Origin: Candidatus Omnitrophota bacterium
GTDB taxonomy: Bacteria; Ratteibacteria; UBA8468; MWAK01
Direction: 5' to 3'
Assembly: GCA_043826355.1 (NCBI GenBank)
Contig: JBDRQI010000015.1
Location: 1 to 35,924, forward strand
DNA: 35,924 bases
The translations under genes and the position numbers were made by a program. Positions 1 through 9,650 of this stretch are shown here, piece after piece. Position 1 is the stretch's first letter. The number at the start of each line of letters is the position of its first letter. Below the pieces are notes generated by a model. The model had not been told where the DNA came from. It was given only the letters and a program-made list of their open reading frames with translations, and searched no databases.

Positions 1-1
1 C

Positions 2-937
2 CGCAACTTCGCCACCTGGTGGATGGACCTGGGCGGCGCCGGATGGTTCGACGACCCCAATATGTGGGCTCTGATGGAACAGTTCCGCAAACTTGATGAA
101 CCGCTCCTGGAGAGCCCCATACCGTACGAACCAGAGATGGCGCTCGTAATTGATGAGCCGAGCATGATGCGTCTAACCGTAGGTCAGCCGGTCGGACACA
201 CCTGTGTCTACTATTCCCGCATGATAGTTGGCCGGGCCGGCGCCCCGTACGGGCAGTACCTGCTTGACGATGTGGCGGCCGGCCGCGTGCATTCCAAGCT
301 CTACGTGTTTACCAGCGCCTGGATGCTGACCGCCGAGACGCGCGCCAAACTGCTGGCGGCCACCCAGGGCAGCACGAAAATCTGGTCTTACGCCCCCGGG
401 TATTTCGACGGCTACCGCAAATCCCCGGAGGCGATGCGCGAGCTGACCGGGTTCACGCTGACGCCTGTTTTCCCGGGTAACGCCTGGGCAACTCCCACGG
501 AACTTGGAAAGAAGCTGGGCCTGCAGAAACCGTTCGGCATTGATGGCCCGGTCTGGCCGCTCTTTGAGGCGGCGGACGCCAAGCCCGATGAAATCCTGGC
601 CACCTATCCGGACGGTTCGGCGGCCGTAGCCCTGCGCCGACTGCCTTCCGGCGTCTCAATCTTCGTCGGCGTGCCGGGGTTCAGCACCGACCTGATCCGG
701 CTGGCGGCCCGTTCGGCCGGGGTCCACCTCTTCACGGATGTGAACTGCAACGTCTACGGGAACGGGCCGTACCTCTCGCTGCACGCATCGCAGGATGGAC
801 CGGTCACGCTGGATACCGGCAGAGCTGACGCGGTGAGGGACGTGCTGACCGGCGAGACGGTCGGCCGGGGACCGAAACTCGTCCTGCCGATGAAGCTCGG
901 CCAGACGAGGGTGCTCCAGATTGGTGTGAAGCGCTGA
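2..937 (+). CDS. Partial CDS (5' end outside the window): C-terminal part of a beta-galactosidase-like (GH42-like) glycoside hydrolase
   Basis: The frame is open from base 2 (RNFATWWMDLGGAGWF...). The WWMDLxxxGWF motif, the ALVIDEPS/GAPYGQYLLDD segment and the terminal AGVHLF...LSLHA segment resemble trimerisation-domain-containing beta-galactosidase-like proteins. The DNA is visibly more GC-rich than its neighbours. Confidence 0.55.
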   Translation, partial: RNFATWWMDLGGAGWFDDPNMWALMEQFRKLDEPLLESPIPYEPEMALVIDEPSMMRLTVGQPVGHTCVYYSRMIVGRAGAPYGQYLLDDVAAGRVHSKLYVFTSAWMLTAETRAKLLAATQGSTKIWSYAPGYFDGYRKSPEAMRELTGFTLTPVFPGNAWATPTELGKKLGLQKPFGIDGPVWPLFEAADAKPDEILATYPDGSAAVALRRLPSGVSIFVGVPGFSTDLIRLAARSAGVHLFTDVNCNVYGNGPYLSLHASQDGPVTLDTGRADAVRDVLTGETVGRGPKLVLPMKLGQTRVLQIGVKR

Positions 938-1320
938 ATCGGATGGTGGGTAATTATAAAGACCGCCCTACATTCCTCGAAGCCCTTACCGCCTGGCCCC
1001 CACCACGCCTCGGGTTGGCCATTCGCTGACATTGCTACTTGAAAAGAGATCAATCCAGTAAATAACTGTTATAGTGTGGAGGAATGTATGAGCAGAATTA
1101 CACGTTATGCATGTTAAAAACTTTGTCAAGAAGCTATTCAAACCGACGGATTACGAATCCCGATAATCCAAATATAACCGAAGCCCTTTCCTGCTTCCAA
1201 TCCCAACAATGCCAAACCTTTTGAATTCGTGAAAATTCCGCCGGCGGCGGGGGAAAAATAACCATAAACAGCGCCAATTTCTTCATAAGACCCCGATGTC
1301 TTTGGTTTTAACCTGCCGGA

Positions 1321-3036
1321 CTATTGCAATTCAATATACTTGTGAAGCATGGAACCGCGCAGCGCCTCCCACATCTCCTCTTCATCCGCCGCGGCGAGGA
1401 GCGCTTCCCTTGCCGAACCTTCCGTCAGCACGTCCAGAATGGCTTTAAGCATCTCGTCCCGTATCCGGGGATAGCGGTGCGGCACCAGGAGCAGGAAGAC
1501 CAGGTGAATCCTGCCGGGGCTGTCCTTCCAGATTATGCCCCGGGGAATCCTTCCGGCCACCACCATCGGCTGTCTCAACGCAGGAACCTCGCCCGAAAAA
1601 AAGACCGCGCCCAGTTTATAACTCGTCTCTTTTTCCAACTTGCACTCGGTGACCGGGGTACAGAGCAGTTTTGCGTTAGGCAGGAATTCGTGTTCGGCCC
1701 CAAGTTCGCACAACTGTTCAAGAACGGTTTCCTTCTCCCCGCCGTACATGGCGGCAATTATGTTCCGGCGCGAAAAGGCGTCAAAAAGGTGCATGCGCTT
1801 TTTGCGCAAGAGGGCCGCGTTCATCCAGGGACCCAACACAACCGACGAGAGGATGGCCCCGACAAGAATGGCCACGAAAACGGGGTTTGTGACAAACCCG
1901 AACTGCAGGGCTATGATGGCAACGACTATCTGCATCTCGCCGCCCGGGGTGTGGGCAATGGCTATCAGGGGGTAATTTTCTCTCTGCTGGCGCGTAAACA
2001 GACAGCCGACCCAGGCGCCGATGTACCTTCCGGCAATCCCCAGGACGGAAAAGAGCAGCACGAGAAAAAGGTTGAAATGCGCAAGAAAATCTATCTTTAA
2101 CCCGATGGCGGCAAAAAAGATAGGGACGAATATCGCGTGAACCATTTCGGAAAAAATTTGCCTTGTCCTACCGGAAAGCGCTTTGGCCTCCCCCACGATG
2201 ATGCCGGCAAGAAAAAAACCGAAAAGGGCATGGATGCCTATGCTCAGAGTTATCGCCCCGCATATAAAGCCGAGCAAAACTATGAAAGTTATGGAAAACC
2301 CCGGTTCGGGAAGGCCCTTTTTCTGGATATAGGAAAGGGAAACTTGCGACAACTTCCTGCCCCAGGCAAGGCAGAGATAAGAAAATACCAGAGTGCCCGA
2401 AATCATAAATAAGATACGGCCCAACCCCGGGTCGGCGCGGCCTACCAGGCCCAGGATAAGGGTAAAGATTATCCAGCCGATAAGGTCGTTTATGGAGAGG
2501 GCGCTCATAATAAGGGAGCCGAGGTTGGTCCGGTATATGTTAAGGTCGTGCAAAACCCTGGCCGTCACCGGAAGAGCGCTTATCGTCATTACCGTGGCGA
2601 TAAAAAGGGCGAAGAGGAACCTCTGGGCGGGGTCGGCCAGAAACCGTGCGGGCAGAAAGTATGCCGGAACGAACGCAATCGCCATCGGCAACAGAACATC
2701 AGTAACGGCTATTTTGGCCGCCTCCACCCTCTGCCTCCAGACGCTGGAAAATTCCATCTCCATGCCCGTTTTGAGCAGAAAGAAGAGGATTCCGAGCCAC
2801 GCGACCGTATCCAGCATGGTGTGCTGGAGGGACGAGTCCGGGAAGATTACGGAAAAACCGGCCGGGTAAACCCTTCCGAAGATGGTCGGCCCCAGCAATA
2901 TGCCGACCAGAATTTCCGCAGTAATGGTGGGTTGTTTGATTCTGCGGAAGAGTTCTCCCAGTATCCTGGCGGAAGCAAGCAGGAGAACTATCTGCACCAA
3001 AAAAATAAAAATCTGTATTTCGGTCAATCCTTCCAT
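1321..3036 (-). CDS. Cation:proton antiporter (CPA2/KefB-like) with a C-terminal degenerate PTS EIIA-like domain
   Basis: About 12 hydrophobic segments with CPA2 motifs (EILVGILLGPT, ISALPVTARVL, SINDLIGW, VPIFFAAIGL). The tail GRIPRGIIW...IHLVFLLLVP resembles PTS EIIA-2. Start moved to ATG 3036 (MEGLTE); the ORF-track N-terminal extension overlaps promoter/repeat DNA. Confidence 0.85.
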   Translation of the reverse strand: MEGLTEIQIFIFLVQIVLLLASARILGELFRRIKQPTITAEILVGILLGPTIFGRVYPAGFSVIFPDSSLQHTMLDTVAWLGILFFLLKTGMEMEFSSVWRQRVEAAKIAVTDVLLPMAIAFVPAYFLPARFLADPAQRFLFALFIATVMTISALPVTARVLHDLNIYRTNLGSLIMSALSINDLIGWIIFTLILGLVGRADPGLGRILFMISGTLVFSYLCLAWGRKLSQVSLSYIQKKGLPEPGFSITFIVLLGFICGAITLSIGIHALFGFFLAGIIVGEAKALSGRTRQIFSEMVHAIFVPIFFAAIGLKIDFLAHFNLFLVLLFSVLGIAGRYIGAWVGCLFTRQQRENYPLIAIAHTPGGEMQIVVAIIALQFGFVTNPVFVAILVGAILSSVVLGPWMNAALLRKKRMHLFDAFSRRNIIAAMYGGEKETVLEQLCELGAEHEFLPNAKLLCTPVTECKLEKETSYKLGAVFFSGEVPALRQPMVVAGRIPRGIIWKDSPGRIHLVFLLLVPHRYPRIRDEMLKAILDVLTEGSAREALLAAADEEEMWEALRGSMLHKYIELQ

Positions 3037-3044
3037 CGCAACAT

Positions 3045-3073
3045 ATTGTAAAACTTTAACCTTTAAATTACAA
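3045..3073 (-). promoter_or_regulatory. Putative sigma70 promoter of the antiporter (near-leaderless)
   Basis: TTGTAA-17 bp-TACAAT on the minus strand, 8 nt before ATG 3036, with no Shine-Dalgarno. Confidence 0.5.
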
Positions 3074-3118
3074 CTGCGCGGCGCGTCCCTGCCGGATGGA
3101 ATTTTACGGAAAATGCCA

Positions 3119-3150
3119 GAATGCCCCGCCCTGTGGACGGGGTTCTTCAC
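3119..3150 (+). mobile_element. Possible IS200/IS605-family right-end remnant (subterminal hairpin followed by TTCAC)
   Basis: GAATGCCCCGCCCTGTGGACGGGGTTCTTCAC is an imperfect hairpin resembling IS605-group right ends. No transposase is nearby. Confidence 0.35.
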
Positions 3151-3241
3151 TTTGCCGCGGCCGGGGTTAGGTTATTCAAGTTGAATAATATGAGGACACG
3201 TTATTTGGAGAAGGAGCAGTTAGTTTTGGTTTCTAAAATGC

Positions 3242-3301
3242 TTGACAATAAACCCGGGCTTATAGTATGATTTGTATAGAAAGTAATATTTTTCATACAA
3301 A
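3242..3301 (+). promoter_or_regulatory. Sigma70 promoter and candidate operator of the export operon
   Basis: TTGACA (3242)-18 bp-TATGAT (3266). An inverted repeat TTTGTAT(A)GAAA...TTTCATACAAA spans 3271-3301. Confidence 0.55.
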
Positions 3302-3351
3302 TTATACTAAGGTGAGTTTTGCGGGAAACCAATCCGGAAAGGAGCGGGGAA

Positions 3352-3588
3352 ATGAACAAGTTTCCAAAGTTTTACGGCAAAGTTCCGGTAGGCACTAAAG
3401 GGCAGATTGTTATTCCGGCAGAAGCAAGAAAAGCAATGAATATCAACCCGGGAGACAATGTAATCATTATCTCCGGACCGCCTCATCACGACAAGACGAT
3501 TAATATTATGCCCGAGGTTGAATTCAGCAAATTTTTGAAATTTTTTGAAGACCAGATAACTAATTTAAAAAAAACGATTTCTAAGTAA
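3352..3588 (+). CDS. AbrB/MazE/SpoVT family DNA-binding protein
   Basis: Motif VGTKGQIVIPAEARKAMNINPGD. AAGGAG RBS precedes ATG 3352. Confidence 0.88.
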   Translation: MNKFPKFYGKVPVGTKGQIVIPAEARKAMNINPGDNVIIISGPPHHDKTINIMPEVEFSKFLKFFEDQITNLKKTISK

Positions 3589-3667
3589 CCGGGATTAAAC
3601 GCGGTTTGTTTAAACTTTTTTAAACAAAAAAATATCTAATAACTGATATTCAAAAGGAGAAAACGAG

Positions 3668-4942
3668 ATGCTGCGTAAAACAATCCTCCTTCTTTTCGTA
3701 ACTTTACTGATTTCGGTCGAGGTGTTCGCCGCCGGTCCGATTCAGTCCGGCGACCATCTTACTCTGGAAATATGTTTGGATATCGCCCGGAAAGCCAACC
3801 CGCAAATAATGACCGCCGAACACGGGGTAAGCGCGAGCCGGAGCAAAATCGGCCAGGCGAAATCGGCTTATTACCCGCAATTAAACATCTCTTCCGGCTA
3901 TAACCATGGCTGGTCTGATACCGGCCCGACAGAAAATTCCTCAGACCGTTATTCAACCAGCATCGGAGTCAGTCAAAATATCTGGGATTTCGGGAAGACA
4001 TCCGCCCAGGTAGAAATTGGAAAACTGAATCTGGACTCGTCCTTATTGAACCTTGACGAGGTGTCCGGCCGGATAGTCCTTAAGGTTAAACAGGCCTATT
4101 ACCAGGTTCTCCAGTCCCGGAAAGCAGAAGAAGTGGCCCGGGAGGCGGTGGCGCAATATCAAAAGCACCTTGAGCAGGCGCAGGGATTTTACGAGACCGG
4201 TAAAAGTCCTAAATTTGACGTAACCAAAGCGGAAGTTGACTTAAGCAATGCAAAAGTGAATTTAATAAGCGCAGAGAACGCCGTCCGGCTCGCCTTTCTC
4301 TCTTTGAATAATGCTATGGGGGTTCCGGATGCATCCGAATACACGGTGGAAGACAATCTTTCATCCCGGCATCCGGAAATTACCCTGGACGAAGCCTTGA
4401 AGACCGCCTACCAGAACCGTCCGGACCTGAAAACCGCGGCCACCGCCCGCAAATCCGCCGCCTTGTCGGCAACCCTGGCCCAAAAGAATTATTACCCGGC
4501 AATCTCCGGAAACGCCGGTTACGGCTGGTCCGGAGATGATTTTTCCCAGAAAGACAGCAACTGGAGCGCCGGAGTTACCCTGTCCGTCCCGCTCTTTAAC
4601 GGTTTTTCAACCAAACACAAGGTGGAGGAAGCCCGCGCCAATTTAAGGTCGGCCGAAAGCCAGGAAGAAACCTTGAAACAAGGCGTGTTCCTTGAAGTAA
4701 AACAGGCCTTTCTGACCCTCCGGGAGGCGATAGCCAAGATCCCGGTGGCCGAATTGACCGTTACCCAGGCCCGGGAAAATCTTGAACTGGCAAACGGCCG
4801 TTACCAGGCCGGGGTCGGAAGTCCGATTGAAACGACCGACAGCCAGGTTTCTTACAGCCAGGCCCGGTATGCCTACATTCAGGCTCTCTACCAGTACCAA
4901 ACCGCCCGGGCCAACCTGGATAACGCGATGGGAGTAAAATAA
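3668..4942 (+). CDS. TolC-family outer membrane efflux protein
   Basis: Signal peptide and two OEP repeats (AKSAYYPQL...IWDFGKT; NYYPAISG...VPLFNGF; RYQAGVGS). AAGGAG RBS. Confidence 0.92.
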   Translation: MLRKTILLLFVTLLISVEVFAAGPIQSGDHLTLEICLDIARKANPQIMTAEHGVSASRSKIGQAKSAYYPQLNISSGYNHGWSDTGPTENSSDRYSTSIGVSQNIWDFGKTSAQVEIGKLNLDSSLLNLDEVSGRIVLKVKQAYYQVLQSRKAEEVAREAVAQYQKHLEQAQGFYETGKSPKFDVTKAEVDLSNAKVNLISAENAVRLAFLSLNNAMGVPDASEYTVEDNLSSRHPEITLDEALKTAYQNRPDLKTAATARKSAALSATLAQKNYYPAISGNAGYGWSGDDFSQKDSNWSAGVTLSVPLFNGFSTKHKVEEARANLRSAESQEETLKQGVFLEVKQAFLTLREAIAKIPVAELTVTQARENLELANGRYQAGVGSPIETTDSQVSYSQARYAYIQALYQYQTARANLDNAMGVK

Positions 4943-4943
4943 T

Positions 4944-6158
4944 ATGAAGACGCCGAACAAGAAGAAAAAATTATTGATTTTCATCTTTTTTCTGGTTGCC
5001 GCGCTTTTGGCTATTGCGGCGGTTAAGATTACGAAACATAAAGATGCAGCGCCCAAATACCGGACCGAAAGAGCAAGCCGAGGAGATATCGTGATTACCG
5101 TTACCGCATCCGGAACCATTAACCCGGTTACAACCATAGAAGTCGGCACCCAGGTCTCCGGCACCATCACACAGATATTCGTCGATTACAACTCAGCGGT
5201 GCGGAAAGGGCAATTGATCGCCCTGGTTGACCCCGCTTCCCTGGAAGCCCAGGCGGAACAGTCGCGGGCAACCCTGGACGCGGCCAAAGCAAACCAGGAA
5301 AAAGCCGAAGCATCGCTCCTTGATGCGGAACGCGCCTACGAACGAAATAAAGAACTCTTTTCCCGAAACCTCATCGCCCGCAGCGATATGGAAGTTTCTG
5401 AAACCAATTACCGGGCAAACCTGGCCGCATTAAAAGCGGCCAAAGCCCAGGTAATTCAATCGGAGGCATCTTTAAAGTACACGGAAACCAATCTCGGTTA
5501 CAGCAAAATCGTTTCCCCGGTAGACGGCATTGTCATCTCCCGCGATGTTAATGTCGGCCAGACGGTGGCCGCCAGTTTTTCCACGCCGACTTTATTCACC
5601 ATCGCCCAGGATTTGACCAAGATGGAGATAAACGCCAGCGTGGATGAGGCGGATATCGGTCAGATTAAAGCCGGACAGGAAGTGGAGTTTACCGCCGACG
5701 CCTACCCGGAAGACATATTTCACGGCAAAGTCCGGCAGGTCAGGAACGCGGCCACCACCGTCTCCAACGTTGTGACCTACGATGTGGTCATTCAGGTGGA
5801 CAATCCGGATTTAAAACTCAAACCCGGGATGACCGCCAACGTTTCGTTTATCATCTCCGAAAATAAAAATGTCTTGCGGGTCTCGGAATCGGCTCTGACC
5901 TTTACTCCTTCGGAAATAAGCGCCGGAAATAAAGCAAAGGAAAAGAAAGACGGGGTCTGGGTCCTTCAAGATAAAAAACCAAGCCGGGTTGCGGTAACTG
6001 TCGGCGCAAGCGACGGTACCTCCACCGAAATTGTCTCCGGCGCGATTAAAGAAGGGGATTTGATTATAACCGGCTACCTTGCCGCCGCAGAAAAAGGGAC
6101 CGCTTCAAACAGCAGCAGGTCAAATCAACGGGGCGGCATGCCGCCGCCGATGTTCTGA
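4944..6158 (+). CDS. Periplasmic adaptor (membrane fusion protein), MacA-like
   Basis: N-terminal TM, VGTQVSG, IVSPVDGIVI, GQTVAASF, VDEADIG and LKPGMTA motifs. Confidence 0.92.
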   Translation: MKTPNKKKKLLIFIFFLVAALLAIAAVKITKHKDAAPKYRTERASRGDIVITVTASGTINPVTTIEVGTQVSGTITQIFVDYNSAVRKGQLIALVDPASLEAQAEQSRATLDAAKANQEKAEASLLDAERAYERNKELFSRNLIARSDMEVSETNYRANLAALKAAKAQVIQSEASLKYTETNLGYSKIVSPVDGIVISRDVNVGQTVAASFSTPTLFTIAQDLTKMEINASVDEADIGQIKAGQEVEFTADAYPEDIFHGKVRQVRNAATTVSNVVTYDVVIQVDNPDLKLKPGMTANVSFIISENKNVLRVSESALTFTPSEISAGNKAKEKKDGVWVLQDKKPSRVAVTVGASDGTSTEIVSGAIKEGDLIITGYLAAAEKGTASNSSRSNQRGGMPPPMF

Positions 6159-6162
6159 TAAA

Positions 6163-6864
6163 ATGGCTTTGATTGAACTGTCAAAAATACGCAAAGTTTA
6201 CCAGTTGGGCGATGTCAGCCTGACCGCGCTCAACGATGTTTCAACAACCGTGGAGAAGGGTGATTTTTTGGCGATTATGGGCCCTTCCGGTTCCGGGAAA
6301 TCCACCTTTATGAATATCATCGGCTGCCTGGACAAACCCACCTCCGGACGTTATCTGCTGGAAGACCGGGAGGTGGGCGGGCTGGATCGGAATACTCTCT
6401 CTGCCATCCGGAATGAAAAACTTGGTTTTGTCTTCCAGGGTTTTAACCTCCTTTCCCGGACTTCGGCTATCGAAAACGTGGAGTTGCCGATGCTTTATGC
6501 CGGAGCTCCGTCCGCTAAGAGACGGCATAAGTCCATGTCCGTCCTTAAATCCGTTGGCCTGGAAGGCAGGGAACACCACTACCCCAACCAACTGTCCGGC
6601 GGACAGCAGCAGCGGGTCGCCATCGCCCGGGCCATCATTAACGACGCCTCAATTTTACTGGCCGACGAACCGACCGGAAATCTCGATACCCATACCAGCG
6701 CCGAGATAATGGAACTCTTCGTAAAACTCAACCGCGAATCCGGCATCACCGTTATCCTGGTAACCCACGAACCGGATATCGCCGCATACAGCAAACGCAT
6801 CCTGAGATTTCTGGACGGTAATATCATCTCTGACGAAAAGAGAGGTAACGTATGCTCAGCCTGA
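6163..6864 (+). CDS. ABC transporter ATP-binding protein (MacB/LolD-like)
   Basis: Walker A GPSGSGKS, LSGGQQQR, LLADEPTGNLD and VTHE. Start set at ATG 6163 (MALIEL). Confidence 0.93.
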   Translation: MALIELSKIRKVYQLGDVSLTALNDVSTTVEKGDFLAIMGPSGSGKSTFMNIIGCLDKPTSGRYLLEDREVGGLDRNTLSAIRNEKLGFVFQGFNLLSRTSAIENVELPMLYAGAPSAKRRHKSMSVLKSVGLEGREHHYPNQLSGGQQQRVAIARAIINDASILLADEPTGNLDTHTSAEIMELFVKLNRESGITVILVTHEPDIAAYSKRILRFLDGNIISDEKRGNVCSA

Positions 6865-8081
6865 ACGCCACCATCAAAATTTCCTTAAGGGCTTTACAGG
6901 CCAACAAAATCCGTTCCGGCCTCACTATCCTGGGCATCGTAATAGGCGTTAGCGCGGTAATCGCCATGCTGGCCATCGGCACCGGCGCCAGCCGGAAGAT
7001 TACCGACCAGATATCGAGCGTCGGAAGCAACGTCCTGATTGTACGTTCCGGTTCTGCTTCTGCCGCAGGGGTGCGGATGGGCGCCGGCACCGGGCCGACC
7101 CTGACCCTGCTTGACGCGGAAGCGATCAGGACAAGCTGTCCTTCGGTGGCTGAAGCCGCGCCGGTCGTTATCGGAGGCGTGCAGGCGATAAACGGAAATA
7201 AAAACTGGTCGACTTCCGCCACCGGCAGCACGCCGGCTATCCTGGAAGTCAGGGACTGGCAGATAGCCGAAGGCCGGTCCATAACCGGGCAGGAGGTACG
7301 CAGCGCGGCGAAGGTCTGCCTGTTAGGCTCCACTGTAGTTGAGAACCTTTTCGGAAACCAGCCGCCGGTCGGCAAAGTCATCCGGCTTAAGAATATGCCT
7401 TTTATCGTAATCGGCGTGCTGGCGGAAAAAGGCCAATCGGCAATGGGCCAGGACCAGGACGATACAATCTTTATTCCGGTTACAACCGCCCAGAAGAAAC
7501 TCTTCGGCACCGCTTTTCCGGGGATGGTCGGCCAGATTATGGTAAAAGCGAACAGCGCCAAAGAAACCAAAACGGCCCAGACAGAAATAGAAAATCTTCT
7601 AAACCGCAGGCATCGTATCAAACCGGGGGGAGAGCCCGATTTTACGGTGCGGGACCTTACCCAGATGCTTGAAATGGCTGAAGAATCCACCAAGGTAATG
7701 ACCATACTCCTGGGCGCTATCGCCTCAATTTCTCTGCTGGTCGGCGGAATCGGCGTAATGAACATAATGCTGGTTTCGGTAGCCGAGAGAACCCGGGAGA
7801 TAGGAATACGGATGGCGGTCGGCGCAAAGAGTATGGATATCCGTCTCCAATTTCTGACCGAAGCGCTAACCCTGTCTCTCATCGGCGGAATCATCGGAAT
7901 CATATTGGGCACAGTCGGTTCAAGAATTATTTCCATAAAGGTCGGCTGGACGACCGTGGTATCACTTTCCTCGGTCTTAATGTCTTTCGGTTTTTCCGGT
8001 TTCGTGGGCATATTTTTCGGTTTCTACCCGGCCTACAAAGCCTCTCTCCTGAATCCCATCGACGCCCTGAGATACGAGTAA
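6852..8081 (+). CDS. ABC transporter permease (MacB/FtsX-like)
   Basis: RSGLTILGIVIGV, GGIGVMNIMLVSVAERTREIGIRMAVGA and YPAYKASLLNPIDALRYE. Confidence 0.93.
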   Translation: MLSLNATIKISLRALQANKIRSGLTILGIVIGVSAVIAMLAIGTGASRKITDQISSVGSNVLIVRSGSASAAGVRMGAGTGPTLTLLDAEAIRTSCPSVAEAAPVVIGGVQAINGNKNWSTSATGSTPAILEVRDWQIAEGRSITGQEVRSAAKVCLLGSTVVENLFGNQPPVGKVIRLKNMPFIVIGVLAEKGQSAMGQDQDDTIFIPVTTAQKKLFGTAFPGMVGQIMVKANSAKETKTAQTEIENLLNRRHRIKPGGEPDFTVRDLTQMLEMAEESTKVMTILLGAIASISLLVGGIGVMNIMLVSVAERTREIGIRMAVGAKSMDIRLQFLTEALTLSLIGGIIGIILGTVGSRIISIKVGWTTVVSLSSVLMSFGFSGFVGIFFGFYPAYKASLLNPIDALRYE

Positions 8082-8089
8082 AAAACATC

Positions 8090-8893
8090 ATGGATATAAT
8101 CGATGTTATTGATTTAAAAAAAGAATATGGCAGCCTGGTTGCGGTAAACGGGATATCGTTCAGCGTCTCCCAAGGTGAGATTTTTGCCTTTTTGGGACCG
8201 AACGGAGCCGGAAAGAGCACAACCATAAAAATGCTCACGACGCTATTGAAACCCACCAGCGGCAAAATGCAAATTGACGGCAAGGACCCGGTCACCGAAC
8301 ATGCCGAAGTCAGAAAATCTTTCGGCATCGTATTTCAAGATCCGAGCCTGGATGACGACCTGACCGCTTATGAAAATATGGAATTCCACGGAGTTCTTTA
8401 CGGCCTGCCGAAGGAGATTCGCCGGGAACGCATTCCGCAATTATTGAACTTCGTAGGATTATGGGCTCGCAGCAATGATTTGGTCAAGCATTTTTCGGGC
8501 GGAATGAAACGGAGGCTGGAAATTGCCCGGGGACTACTTCACCACCCCAAGATTTTGTTTTTGGACGAACCGACCCTGGGTCTTGACCCCCAGACCCGGA
8601 ATCACATCTGGACGTATGTTCAAAATTTAAACCGGGAAGAAGGCCTCACTATTTTTTTTACAACCCATTATATGGATGAAGCGGAACGAATTGCCCGGAA
8701 AATCGCGGTGATTGACCAGGGAACGATTATTGCCCAGGGTTCTCCGGAACAGCTCATAGAACAGACCGGAGCCAATTCGTTGGAAAACGCGTTTTTATCA
8801 CTAACCGGCAAAACAATTCGCGAAGAAAAAACGAACGCGACAGAACAGATGAAGATGCACGTAAAGATGCATCAACGGACTTCCAAAAGATAA
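8090..8893 (+). CDS. ABC-2 multidrug exporter ATP-binding protein (DrrA-like)
   Basis: GPNGAGKS, FSGGMKRRLEIARGL, LFLDEPTLGLDP and TTHYMDEA. Confidence 0.92.
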   Translation: MDIIDVIDLKKEYGSLVAVNGISFSVSQGEIFAFLGPNGAGKSTTIKMLTTLLKPTSGKMQIDGKDPVTEHAEVRKSFGIVFQDPSLDDDLTAYENMEFHGVLYGLPKEIRRERIPQLLNFVGLWARSNDLVKHFSGGMKRRLEIARGLLHHPKILFLDEPTLGLDPQTRNHIWTYVQNLNREEGLTIFFTTHYMDEAERIARKIAVIDQGTIIAQGSPEQLIEQTGANSLENAFLSLTGKTIREEKTNATEQMKMHVKMHQRTSKR

Positions 8894-8903
8894 TACCAAC
8901 CTT

Positions 8904-9650
8904 ATGCCTACAATTTACGTTCTCTGGCTCAGACAATTAAAAAAGTATGCCCGTTCTAAACCCCGCATCATCGGGTCGCTGGGGCAGCCCTTGTTATTTT
9001 TGTTCGCCCTGGGTTACGGTCTCGGACCGGTTTTCCAAAAAGCGGGGCAGGGAAATTACCTTCAATTTTTAACGCCGGGCGTCATCGCCATGACGATCTT
9101 ATTTACCTCGATATTTTCCGGCATCGAAATCATCTGGGACAGGCAGTTCGGATTTTTGAAGGAGACCCTGGTTGCCCCTGTGTCGCGCTTCAACATAATG
9201 GCCGGCCGGACTCTGGGCGGGGCAACCGTAGCGACTCTTCAGGGAATATTGGTTTTCTTAATATCATTGGTTTTTGGTTTTCGCCCGGCAAGTTTATTCC
9301 TTTCGCCTCTTACTTTTCTGGTAATGATTCTGATTGCGCTATTGTTCACCGCACTGGGAACGGCAATCGCGTCCGTACTTGAAGATATGCAAGGATTTCA
9401 ATTGATTATGAATTTTTTAGTGATGCCTTTGTTCTTCCTGTCCGGCGCTTTATTCCCGTTGGAGGGTTTACCAAAAACAATAGGAGCAATAACCAGATTC
9501 AACCCTTTGACTTATGGTGTTGATGCCCTGCGGGGGTCGTTTACAAATACTTTTCATTTTGGGTTACTGAGCGACCTTGCAATTTTGGGGGCGGTTACTT
9601 TCCTGGTTTTGGTTATTGGCAGTTATCTTTTTTCAAAGATCCAGATTTAG
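8904..9650 (+). CDS. ABC-2 type permease (DrrB-like)
   Basis: Six TM segments; WDRQFGFLKETLVAPVSR, FLSGALFP and NPLTYGVDALR. Confidence 0.92.
   Translation: MPTIYVLWLRQLKKYARSKPRIIGSLGQPLLFLFALGYGLGPVFQKAGQGNYLQFLTPGVIAMTILFTSIFSGIEIIWDRQFGFLKETLVAPVSRFNIMAGRTLGGATVATLQGILVFLISLVFGFRPASLFLSPLTFLVMILIALLFTALGTAIASVLEDMQGFQLIMNFLVMPLFFLSGALFPLEGLPKTIGAITRFNPLTYGVDALRGSFTNTFHFGLLSDLAILGAVTFLVLVIGSYLFSKIQI

Noticed and set aside
938..1320. Small ORFs after a GGAGG at ~1078 and a CCGCC-GGC-GGCGG hairpin at 1238-1250
   Set aside because: The ORFs are very short with no recognisable similarity; possibly gene debris, but unsupported.
1324..2100. 258-aa plus-strand ORF
   Set aside because: Antisense to the antiporter, with no protein-like features.
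6824..8011. 395-aa antisense ORF opposite the MacB-like permease
   Set aside because: Shadow ORF of a well-supported gene with no recognisable motifs.
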